A stretch of 64,000 bases of DNA from an uncultured Bacillota bacterium (GTDB lineage Bacteria > Bacillota > Clostridia > Christensenellales > UBA1242): assembly GCA_946495675.1 (NCBI GenBank), contig CAMMDQ010000001.1, forward strand, positions 146,225 through 210,224. The letters run 5' to 3'. Within the stretch, counting starts at the first letter, position 1. The number at the start of each line of letters is the position of its first letter. The translations under genes were made by a program, and so were the position numbers. The notes under the pieces were generated by a model. It was not told the origin of the DNA. It searched no databases and saw only the letters and a list, made by a program, of their open reading frames with translations. Positions 9,185-17,213 of this stretch are shown piece after piece.

Positions 9185-9452
9185 GTTTAATGCTCAACTT
9201 TTTGCTCACAAAAAGGGTGGTGGTAGCACTAAAAACGGCCGTGATTCTCAAAGCAAGCGTCTTGGCGTTAAAGCTTATGGTGGACAAAAAGTAACTGCAG
9301 GCAGCATAATCGTAAGACAAAAAGGAACAAAAGTTTACCCAAGCACAAATGTTGGCATGGGCAAGGACTATACTTTGTTTGCTCTTTGTGATGGCATTGT
9401 TAAATTTGGACTTAGCAATGGCAAAAAAGTTGTTTCTGTTGTTGCAGAATAA
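9177..9452 (+). CDS. rpmA: 50S ribosomal protein L27 with an N-terminal propeptide
   Basis: The translation is [32 protein letters not shown]. The nine residues before AHKKG are the Prp-cleaved extension typical of Firmicutes. Confidence 0.95.
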   Translation: MFKFNAQLFAHKKGGGSTKNGRDSQSKRLGVKAYGGQKVTAGSIIVRQKGTKVYPSTNVGMGKDYTLFALCDGIVKFGLSNGKKVVSVVAE

Positions 9453-9455
9453 ATT

Positions 9456-9479
9456 TGGCAGGCTTGTCCTGCTTTTTTG
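9456..9479 (+). terminator. Rho-independent terminator after rpmA
   Basis: The stem GCAGG/CCTGC encloses loop CTTGT and is followed by T6. Confidence 0.6.
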
Positions 9480-9506
9480 TTATATCAAGTTGCAAAAAGG
9501 ATGAAA

Positions 9507-10331
9507 ATGTTATACAAAAAATTTAAAGAAAAGATTGAAGTTTATGATAAGTCGCAATTTGAGCCGCAGCATATTTTGGAGTGCGGTCAAGTTTTTTGCT
9601 TTGAGAAAACAGATCGAGAATATGTTGTTTATCCTGGTTCAAATTATGCAAAAATTGAAGAAAAAAATGATTGCTATCAAATTTCAACTTCAAATCCAGG
9701 TTTCTTTGAAGATTATTTTGATTTGAAAACTGATTATACCGCAATAAAAAAGGAGTTATCCAGCACAAATCTCTTGAAAGAACCTATTAAATTTGGCTAC
9801 GGCATAAGAATTTTAAAGCAAAACTTGTTTGAAACTCTTATTTCCTTTATTATTTCAGCTAATAACAATATTGGGCGAATCAAACTGATTTTAGGCAGGC
9901 TTCGAAAGCACTTTTCTTCATCAGCTTTGCCACCTTTTCCAACTTTTGAGCAACTTTTGTCTTGCTCTGTCGATTTTTTTAAATCGATTGGGTGTGGCTA
10001 TCGAAGTCAATACCTTTACAATGTTTTAAGGCAAACCTGTCCACAACAACTTGAGCAGTGGCAAGCCTTGGACACCGAGCAATTACGAAAAAACTTGATC
10101 GCACTTTCAGGAGTCGGACCAAAAGTTGCCGATTGTGTGCTTTTGTTTGGGTATGGCAAAAAGGATGTTTTTCCTGTTGACACATGGATAAATCAAATGT
10201 ATAACAAATTTTATTCACCACTTTCAAATCGGGAGCAAATTCGAAATAACTTGATTTGTGAGTTTGGCGGGTTATCTGGTTATGCACAACAATATTTATT
10301 CTATTACCAGCGCTCTTTTTTGGGAAAATAA
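9507..10331 (+). CDS. ogg: 8-oxoguanine DNA glycosylase / HhH-GPD family (Ogg-like)
   Basis: An HhH-GPD module is present: LIALSGVGPKVADCVLLFGYGKKDVFPVDTWI, with catalytic Lys and Asp positions as in OGG1-type enzymes. The start could be 9477, 9501 or 9507. 9507 has the best spacing from the AAAGG RBS. Confidence 0.75.
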   Translation: MLYKKFKEKIEVYDKSQFEPQHILECGQVFCFEKTDREYVVYPGSNYAKIEEKNDCYQISTSNPGFFEDYFDLKTDYTAIKKELSSTNLLKEPIKFGYGIRILKQNLFETLISFIISANNNIGRIKLILGRLRKHFSSSALPPFPTFEQLLSCSVDFFKSIGCGYRSQYLYNVLRQTCPQQLEQWQALDTEQLRKNLIALSGVGPKVADCVLLFGYGKKDVFPVDTWINQMYNKFYSPLSNREQIRNNLICEFGGLSGYAQQYLFYYQRSFLGK

Positions 10332-10333
10332 GC

Positions 10334-10363
10334 AAATCAACCATGTTTATGGTTGATTTTTTT
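10334..10363 (+). terminator. Rho-independent terminator
   Basis: AAATCAACCAT / ATGGTTGATTT form the stem around loop GTTT, followed by a T-run. Confidence 0.75.
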
Positions 10364-10419
10364 GTTAAAAAAACTTTTTTAGAGAACTTTTTTTCTTACT
10401 TTAATTCAAATTTTGGGTA

Positions 10420-10448
10420 TTTACAACAGCCATCTAATGTGATATAAT
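10420..10448 (+). promoter_or_regulatory. SigA-type promoter of floA
   Basis: TTTACA, a 17-nt spacer, then TGaTATAAT (extended -10). Confidence 0.55.
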
Positions 10449-10472
10449 TAGGGCATAAAAGGAGAGCGAAAA

Positions 10473-11510
10473 ATGAATTTTTCACTATTGGCTGCTTTCG
10501 GAGCTGTTGAAATAACCTTTACAATTATTGGCGCAATTGCAATAATTGCTTTAATCTTATTTTTCATTATAGTGCCAGTTAAAGCTTACTTTACTGCATT
10601 AATATCAAAGGCACATATTTCCATGGCAAAACTTGCATCGATGAAAAATTGCAAAGTTGATCCAATGCTTTTGGTTGAAGCAAACATCTTGGCAAAAAGA
10701 CTTGATGTCGAAATCAAAATAAACGAATTAGAGTCGGTTTTGCTTGCTGGCGGAAATGTTAAAGAAATGTTGAAGGCTATGAAACTTGCAAAAGATGCTT
10801 CTGTCCCTTGTCCTTTTTCACTTGCTTCTGCGCTTGAATTAAAAACAAAAAAATCTCTCGAAATTGTCAAAAGTGCAGTTGAAAGCATAAGTGAAAATAT
10901 CACTCAGATCAAAGCTATCACTAAAGACAATATCGAGCTTGTTATTGATATCAATCTTACTTTGAAGATTCAGTTGCCAAAATACCTTTATGGTCTTTCA
11001 GTTGCCAAAATCAAAGCATTTGTAACAGAGCATGCAATCAAAAAGGTTCCTCTTTATGATAAAGAGAAAATTATGACCAACCCACAGATAATTCTTGAAG
11101 GGCTTGACATGAGTCAAGCTGCCGCAAACACTGCATATATTTTGATGGAAAGCAGAATCTCAAATATTTCTATTGGGCGAAACATCGCAATGGAAATGGA
11201 AGTGAAACGAGCCGAAAAGGAAAGGGTGTTTGCACAGATGCAAGCAGACAGGATGAAAAATGCTGAAGAGCTGAGGGAAATCAGATCTCGCACCAAAACT
11301 GAAGAGACAAAAACAAGTCTTTTGGAGGCTGAATCTCAAGTTCCACTTGCAATTTCACAAGCGATCAAAGAGGGGCGATTCTCTGTTATGGATTATTACA
11401 AATTGATGAACCTGCAAGCAGACACCGCTCTTAGACGAAGCATCGTTTCTGGCAAAGATGACAGCTCTGACGACAAATCAGATGATGATATTTTTGGAGA
11501 TGATGAATAA
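10473..11510 (+). CDS. floA: Flotillin-like protein FloA (YqfA/UPF0365)
   Basis: An N-terminal TM segment is followed by a colinear match to the FloA pattern: ELESVLLAGGNV...., AEKERVFAQMQADRMKNAEE...EAESQVPLAISQAIKEGRFSVMDYYKLMNLQADT. Confidence 0.85.
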   Translation: MNFSLLAAFGAVEITFTIIGAIAIIALILFFIIVPVKAYFTALISKAHISMAKLASMKNCKVDPMLLVEANILAKRLDVEIKINELESVLLAGGNVKEMLKAMKLAKDASVPCPFSLASALELKTKKSLEIVKSAVESISENITQIKAITKDNIELVIDINLTLKIQLPKYLYGLSVAKIKAFVTEHAIKKVPLYDKEKIMTNPQIILEGLDMSQAAANTAYILMESRISNISIGRNIAMEMEVKRAEKERVFAQMQADRMKNAEELREIRSRTKTEETKTSLLEAESQVPLAISQAIKEGRFSVMDYYKLMNLQADTALRRSIVSGKDDSSDDKSDDDIFGDDE

Positions 11511-12085
11511 TGGGAAACATAACTGCAATTATCGTTGTTTGCTCTATTTGCGGTTTATTGATTTTGATTTTGCTGTTTGCTTATAAAAGGATCTCAAAGA
11601 AAAATTCAAACAGCAAGCTTGATGAAGAAATCAACAAATACAAGAAGATGAACGAAGGCACCTATGATGCAAATGAGAGCTATGGCAGTGATAATAAAAT
11701 AAACAAAAAGCAACTTAAAAAAGAAAAAAAACAGCAAAAAGTTGCCGCCAAAACTCAAAAACTTCAACAAAAGGTCACAAATTCCGTAAACATTGAAAAC
11801 TTGGAAGGCAAAGTTGAAGAGTATGTTGAAAATTTTGATGATAAAGAAGAGGAAGAGCGGCTGTTTAAATCAAAAGAATTTGGTGAAAGCTATAATCCTT
11901 TTGAAGAAGAGAAAAAAACTGTGATACCAAAGAAACACAAACAAGACGATTTCGATGATTTTATGAACGACTATTCTTATTCTCGAGCAGCAGTAAACAA
12001 AAATCTTCTAAAAGAGATCAAAAATCTTTCGCCAAAAGTTAAGGCTTTGGTTTTGGGAAATATTTTTAACAAATTTGATGATTAA
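11510..12085 (+). CDS. Membrane-anchored Lys/Glu-rich hypothetical protein
   Basis: The start overlaps the floA stop (TAATG). The protein has one N-terminal TM segment (ITAIIVVCSICGLLILILLFAY) followed by low-complexity charged sequence. Confidence 0.55.
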   Translation: MGNITAIIVVCSICGLLILILLFAYKRISKKNSNSKLDEEINKYKKMNEGTYDANESYGSDNKINKKQLKKEKKQQKVAAKTQKLQQKVTNSVNIENLEGKVEEYVENFDDKEEEERLFKSKEFGESYNPFEEEKKTVIPKKHKQDDFDDFMNDYSYSRAAVNKNLLKEIKNLSPKVKALVLGNIFNKFDD

Positions 12086-12112
12086 GATGCGTAGCTTGTG
12101 CATCTTTTTTTT
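12084..12112 (+). terminator. Rho-independent terminator
   Basis: AAGATGC/GCATCTT form the stem, followed by T8. Confidence 0.7.
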
Positions 12113-12179
12113 GACCTTTCGTTTACCATTAATAATCCAGAAAGAAAAAACATATATTTAATGTAAAAAAGGGAGAGAT

Positions 12180-12443
12180 ATGTTCAATTTTTTTGAAGAA
12201 ATTAAAGGGCAATTAAAGCGAGTTGATAAAAATCTTTTATCTTCTTACAACATGGTCAATCTTTCGGGCAAAATTTTGTATGTCGAAGGTCATCTTGGAT
12301 TGACTATACTTTCGCCAACTGTTATAGCTTTCAAAATCAAAAAGGGCAGAGTTGAAGTTGAAGGCAAAGGATTATATTTAAGCGAACTTAGTCAAAACAC
12401 TCTTAAAATAGAGGGCGAAATAAAAAGGGTGGAAGAATTTTGA
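12180..12443 (+). CDS. yqfC: YabP/YqfC-family sporulation protein
   Basis: The 87-aa protein matches the YabP-family pattern (VNLSGKILYVEGHLGLTIL...IKKGRVEVEGKGLYLSELSQNTLKIEGEIKRVEF). It lies directly upstream of yqfD, as in Bacillus. Confidence 0.75.
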   Translation: MFNFFEEIKGQLKRVDKNLLSSYNMVNLSGKILYVEGHLGLTILSPTVIAFKIKKGRVEVEGKGLYLSELSQNTLKIEGEIKRVEEF

Positions 12444-13591
12444 TGAAAAAATATAATCGCTCTCATTTTAAGATCAAATCTTTAAATCTAGAAAAACTTT
12501 TTAATAAAATTTGCAAACAGTTTGTGATTTACGATATCAAACAAGATGATAATTTTACTCAGTTTGAAGTGGAAGAGTCGGAAGCAGATAAACTCGAAAA
12601 ATTTTTGAAAGACAGCAATATTTCAATAGAGCAGATAAAACATTATGGCTGGAGAAAACGGCTTAAAACTTTTTTTAAAATGTGGGGCATTATTGCAGGA
12701 CTGATTTGCGGAATAATCCTTTATTGTCTGCAGTATGCTTTTGTTTTCAGAATTGATGTGTGGGGCTGCGAAAATATCGAGCAGGAAGAAATAGTAAAAT
12801 TTATAAACCACAATCTCTCGTCCAATTTTAAAGCAAATATTGACACAGAGAAGCTTGAAATTGAGTTGAAAGATAATTTTGAGCAAATCAGTTCAGTCAG
12901 CGTTGCAATCATTGGACAAAGTTTGGTGGTAAACATAAACGAAGCTGTTTTGCCAGAGGAAATGGAGGGCGATTTTCAGCCTATTATAAGTCAGTATGAC
13001 GGCATGATAACCGCAATTAATTTGGTGCAAGGAACCCTGAATGTCAAAGTGGGGGACATTGTGCAAAAGGGCGACGTTTTGGTTTATCCTTATGTTTCTG
13101 ATGGCGAGGGTGAAGTTATGCCAGTTTTGCCAAGGGCAGAGATTAAAGCGGATGTGTGGCTGAGCGAGAATGAGGTTTTCTATGAATATCAAATAAAAGA
13201 AGAGAGAACGGGCAGAAAAATTGATTGCTGGACAATCACGCTTTTTGGACTTGAAATATATTCCAATCTTAGTGACAACATTTTTGAAAATTATGAAAGC
13301 GAAGAAACAAGCTCTTATTTGACCCAAAACAATCTTTTGCCATTTATTTATAACAAAATCACATTTTACGAAACCAAGACTATTGAGATAATACGCAATT
13401 TTGAACAGGAAAAAAATGAGGTTTTTGAAAAACTTCGTCAAAAAACCTTGATTTCTGTTGCTGAAAATGAGATAATAAAAGATGAAATGGTATCAGTAAA
13501 ACAGGGGGGCGGTGTTTATTATATCACTCTCACTTTGACCGTAGAAAAAGACATAGGAGAAGGTTATGGTTATATCTTTCCACAAAGCTAA
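12440..13591 (+). CDS. yqfD: Sporulation protein YqfD (stage IV-like)
   Basis: The 383-aa protein has a central TM region (FFKMWGIIAGLICGIILYCLQYAF). An ATGA overlap with yqfC and the conserved yqfC-yqfD pairing support the call. Confidence 0.7.
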   Translation: MMKKYNRSHFKIKSLNLEKLFNKICKQFVIYDIKQDDNFTQFEVEESEADKLEKFLKDSNISIEQIKHYGWRKRLKTFFKMWGIIAGLICGIILYCLQYAFVFRIDVWGCENIEQEEIVKFINHNLSSNFKANIDTEKLEIELKDNFEQISSVSVAIIGQSLVVNINEAVLPEEMEGDFQPIISQYDGMITAINLVQGTLNVKVGDIVQKGDVLVYPYVSDGEGEVMPVLPRAEIKADVWLSENEVFYEYQIKEERTGRKIDCWTITLFGLEIYSNLSDNIFENYESEETSSYLTQNNLLPFIYNKITFYETKTIEIIRNFEQEKNEVFEKLRQKTLISVAENEIIKDEMVSVKQGGGVYYITLTLTVEKDIGEGYGYIFPQS

Positions 13592-14048
13592 CATTTTTTG
13601 TAAAAGGCTGATTAAGAAGATTTTTTCGGTTGCCCTTATTGCCACAGACAATTTTGAGATTGAATGTGAAGTCGAGGTATCCTTTGTCAGCGAAGAAGAA
13701 ATCAAAAAATTAAATCAAACCTACAGATCGGTTGACAAAATTACCGATGTTTTGTCTTTCCCGCAGTTGCAGATTAAATATCCACAAAAACTCAGAGAAT
13801 TTGCTTCAGAAGTTTCGCCCGATGGGCTGCTTAGGCTTGGAGATATCGTGATTTGCAAACAAAAAGCAAAGGCTCAAGCAAAAGAATTTGGTCATAGTTA
13901 TAAAAGAGAACTTGCTTTTTTGGCATTGCATGGGCTTTTGCATCTTCTCGGTTACGACCATATTGAAAGGAAAGATGAAAAAATTATGAACGCGACTTGT
14001 GAAAAAATACTTTCTAGTTTGAACATAAAAAGAGGAAAAAATGTATAG
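13566..14048 (+). CDS. ybeY: rRNA maturation endoribonuclease YbeY
   Basis: The metal-binding motif HGLLHLLGYDH and TDVLSFP are present. A GGAGAAGG RBS precedes the ATG. Confidence 0.9.
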   Translation: MVISFHKANIFCKRLIKKIFSVALIATDNFEIECEVEVSFVSEEEIKKLNQTYRSVDKITDVLSFPQLQIKYPQKLREFASEVSPDGLLRLGDIVICKQKAKAQAKEFGHSYKRELAFLALHGLLHLLGYDHIERKDEKIMNATCEKILSSLNIKRGKNV

Positions 14049-14877
14049 TTTTGGATATGTTGCAGTTATTGGTCGAGCAAATGCTGGGAAAAGCAGTTTA
14101 GTTAATGCTTTGGTTGGGCAGAAAGTTGCAATTGTAACAAACAGACCGCAAACAACAAGAGATAATATTTTGGGTATTCTAAACGGAGAAGATTATCAAG
14201 TTGTGTTGGTTGATACCCCAGGTGTGCATCGAAGCAAAAACAAACTTGACAGATCAATGATGAAAAATGTGCGAAGTGCGATTTCTGGTGTCGATCTTAT
14301 TTTGTATCTTGCAGACGGCAGTAAATTATTTGATGAAGAAGAGCAAAAATATTATCAAAATCTTCCTGCCCCAAAAGTGCTAGTGAAGACAAAAATTGAT
14401 AAGAAAAACATTTTGCCTTTTGAAAGTGATTTTCAAGTTTCTGCACTTACAGGTAAGGGGCTTGAAACGCTCAAGACTTTTATCATTGACAAAATGCCCA
14501 AAAGTGATGTAAAAAACTTCGCTTTTGATCAAGATTATTATACAGACAAAAGTCTCAGATTTATCATAGCAGAAGAAATCAGGCAAAATGCTTTAAACAT
14601 TCTGTCAGACGAAATCCCGCATGGAATTGCTGTGGTAATTGAAAGATTCGAAGAAAAACCAGATATTATAGTCATTGAAGCAGCCTTGATAGTTGAAAAG
14701 GAAAGACATAAAGGCATTGTGATTGGCAAAATGGGTAAAACTCTAAAACAAATAGGGCAAAATGCTCGAAATTTTGCTCAAGATTTGCTTGGGAAGAAAG
14801 TTTTGCTTAAAATTTTTGTAAAAGTTGACAATGATTGGAGAAATAAAGAGAACAGTTTGAAACAATTAGGTTATTAA
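14041..14877 (+). CDS. era: GTPase Era
   Basis: G1 is GRANAGKSSLVN, G2 is TTRD, G3 is DTPG, and a C-terminal KH motif reads VIGKMGKTLKQIG. Confidence 0.9.
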   Translation: MYSFGYVAVIGRANAGKSSLVNALVGQKVAIVTNRPQTTRDNILGILNGEDYQVVLVDTPGVHRSKNKLDRSMMKNVRSAISGVDLILYLADGSKLFDEEEQKYYQNLPAPKVLVKTKIDKKNILPFESDFQVSALTGKGLETLKTFIIDKMPKSDVKNFAFDQDYYTDKSLRFIIAEEIRQNALNILSDEIPHGIAVVIERFEEKPDIIVIEAALIVEKERHKGIVIGKMGKTLKQIGQNARNFAQDLLGKKVLLKIFVKVDNDWRNKENSLKQLGY

Positions 14878-14905
14878 AAAAATCGCAAAGATTGCGATTT
14901 TTTAT
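14876..14905. terminator. Bidirectional terminator between era and murB
   Basis: AATCGCAA/TTGCGATT form the hairpin, flanked by A-runs and T-runs. Confidence 0.7.
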
Positions 14906-15771
14906 TTTATAATTTCTACATCATTTTCAAGTTGAACTCCAAAATTTTCTTCAACTTTTTTTCTTGTTAAATTTATAAGATATTCAAAATCTTCAAATTT
15001 TGCATTATTTTCGTTAATTATAAAATTTGCATGTTTTTCAGAAATTTTTGCTCCACCACAGCTTAGTCCTTTCAAGCCGCATCCATCAATCAAAAATCCA
15101 GCACTTTGGGTTGCTGTATTTTTAAAAGCGCAACCAAAACTTCGGCCGAGAGGTTGGTTTAATCTCCTTTTTGAACATACATCAAGATAAGTTTTTTGAA
15201 TTTTGCAAGGATCATCTTTTACCAACTTAAATTTTGCCGACAGGATGATTGTGGGGCTGTATAATCGATTTTTTAAAAAAGAAGACCAGTGATAGCCACT
15301 TTCAATTTTCTTTTTGTTTATAGTGAGGATTTTTTCGTCTTGAAAAATAGTCAAATTTTCCAGGTTGTCAAAAATGCTGCAACTATAGCAACTTGCACCG
15401 CTTGCGATTGCTCCACCTATGTTGCCTGGGATTGAGGCGAGCTTTTCAAATCCACTTAAACCATATTTCATACAAAACTGATAAGCCTCAAACAATGTTG
15501 TTGAAGATGAAAATTTTACAGAATTATCTTTTTTTGACATTTTTCTTGCGATTTTTCTGGTTGAAATCACAAAAAAAGGATGAAAATCATCACTAAACAG
15601 CAAATTTGTGCCATTTCCAATCACTTTATAAGGCAGTTTTTGTTTGCTCAGTTTGGTCAGAATTTCAATAAATTCTTCATTTGTTTTAGGCAGAAAAATT
15701 CCAAGACAACTGCCGCCCACTTTGACGCTGGTTATAGACGCAAGAGAAACATCATTTTCTATCATAGTCAA
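14902..15771 (-). CDS. murB: UDP-N-acetylenolpyruvoylglucosamine reductase
   Basis: MurB motifs are present: VKVGG, GNGTNLLFSD, GNIGGAIASGASCY and SAGFLIDGCGLKG...ISEKHANFIIN. Confidence 0.9.
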   Translation of the reverse strand: MTMIENDVSLASITSVKVGGSCLGIFLPKTNEEFIEILTKLSKQKLPYKVIGNGTNLLFSDDFHPFFVISTRKIARKMSKKDNSVKFSSSTTLFEAYQFCMKYGLSGFEKLASIPGNIGGAIASGASCYSCSIFDNLENLTIFQDEKILTINKKKIESGYHWSSFLKNRLYSPTIILSAKFKLVKDDPCKIQKTYLDVCSKRRLNQPLGRSFGCAFKNTATQSAGFLIDGCGLKGLSCGGAKISEKHANFIINENNAKFEDFEYLINLTRKKVEENFGVQLENDVEIIK

Positions 15772-15837
15772 ATATATGAATCTTTCTTTCTTAATGTTAA
15801 AGCACCTTTTTTGAAGGGTGGTTCATATAGTGTGTAT

Positions 15838-17190
15838 ATGGATTTTATTGATAGTGCAAAAGAATTACATATTTTAGGCATTGGAGGAATAAGTCTTTCC
15901 GCTTTGGCGGTCATTTTAAAAGAAAAAGGCAAAGTTGTAACAGGTTACGACAGGCTTCTGTCGCCTATCACTCAATCTCTTCAGGAAAAAGGCATTTTAG
16001 TGGTAAATCAGTTTGATGAAAATTTGATAGATCGTGCTGACATTGTTGTTTACACAAGTGCCTTGCCAAAGGATGATCCTCAACTAGAATATGCGATAAA
16101 AAAAGGAAAAATCATCTTGTCAAGGTCGGAACTGCTTGGGGAACTTGCAAGAAAATATTACACAATCTCAATAGCTGGCAGCCATGGAAAAACCACTGCA
16201 ACTTCAATGATAGGCTACATGTTTGACCTAGCGGGCAAAGACCCTTGCATACATGTTGGCGGTATCATGAAAAACTTTGGCAGCAATGTTCGTTATGGCA
16301 AAGGAAAACATTTTATCACAGAAGCTTGTGAATATAAAGACAGTTTTTTAAGCCTTGAAAGCGATGTTAGTGTTGTTTTAAATGAAGATCCAGATCATCT
16401 AGATTATTTTAAAACTAAAGAGAATTATTATAAATCTTTTGAAAAATTTGCAAAAAACACAAAAAAAGGTGGTGTTTTGGTTGTAAATTATGATGATCCA
16501 TTTTCTCGCAGTTTAAAAAGCAGTAATATTTTGTCGTATGCCATCAAAAGCAAAGCAGATGTGCAAGCCAAAAATATATGCAGAAAAAACGGTATGTTAA
16601 GTTTTGATCTTTTTTATCTAGATTTAAATTTCGGAAATTTTAAATTAAAAATGATTGGTCTGCATAATGTTTATAATGCTCTTGCGACAATTTCCGTTGG
16701 AATTGCATGCGGGATATCTCTTGACACCATCAAAAAAGCTCTTTTGCAATTTGAGGGAGTTGAGCGGCGGCTTGAATATGTAGGAGAAATTAAAGGGTCG
16801 GAGATTCTGCATGATTATGCTCATCATCCAGACGAAATCATCGCAACTATTGAGGCGGTCAAGCAAAATACAAAAAACAAATTGATATGCGTTTTTCAGC
16901 CCCATACATTTTCACGCACCAGAGATTTATATTATGAGTTTTGCCGATGCTTTGCTTGTTGTGATGAAGTTTGGCTTCTGCCGATCTATTCTGCCAGAGA
17001 AAAACCGATCCCAAAGATAACATCAAAATTTTTAGCAAAAGGGATTTCAAAACATAATAAATTGGTAAGATATTTTTCAAATTTTGATAAATGCTTTTCT
17101 TTCATAAACAAAATAGCTCAAAAAAATATTACCTTTTTAATCATGGGTGCGGGAGATATTTACCTTCTTGCCTATAAGTTCAAAAAATGA
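15838..17190 (+). CDS. murC: UDP-N-acetylmuramate--L-alanine ligase
   Basis: The protein starts MDFIDSAKELHILGIGGISLSALA and carries a Mur ligase P-loop, IAGSHGKTTATSM. The ORF-track start at 15580 runs antisense through murB and is rejected. A GTG at 15832 is an alternative start. Confidence 0.9.
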   Translation: MDFIDSAKELHILGIGGISLSALAVILKEKGKVVTGYDRLLSPITQSLQEKGILVVNQFDENLIDRADIVVYTSALPKDDPQLEYAIKKGKIILSRSELLGELARKYYTISIAGSHGKTTATSMIGYMFDLAGKDPCIHVGGIMKNFGSNVRYGKGKHFITEACEYKDSFLSLESDVSVVLNEDPDHLDYFKTKENYYKSFEKFAKNTKKGGVLVVNYDDPFSRSLKSSNILSYAIKSKADVQAKNICRKNGMLSFDLFYLDLNFGNFKLKMIGLHNVYNALATISVGIACGISLDTIKKALLQFEGVERRLEYVGEIKGSEILHDYAHHPDEIIATIEAVKQNTKNKLICVFQPHTFSRTRDLYYEFCRCFACCDEVWLLPIYSAREKPIPKITSKFLAKGISKHNKLVRYFSNFDKCFSFINKIAQKNITFLIMGAGDIYLLAYKFKK

Positions 17191-17213
17191 TAAGCAAGTT
17201 GCTTATCATTTTT
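17183..17213. terminator. Bidirectional terminator shared by convergent genes
   Basis: The palindrome ATGATAAGCAAGTTGCTTATCAT is followed by a T-run. Both stop codons lie inside the hairpin. Confidence 0.7.

Noticed and set aside
15580-15837. The ORF-track start of murC at 15580 would add 86 residues.
   Set aside because: The extension runs antisense through the 5' end of murB and has no MurC similarity. Homology begins at MDFIDSAKELHILGIGG (ATG 15838).
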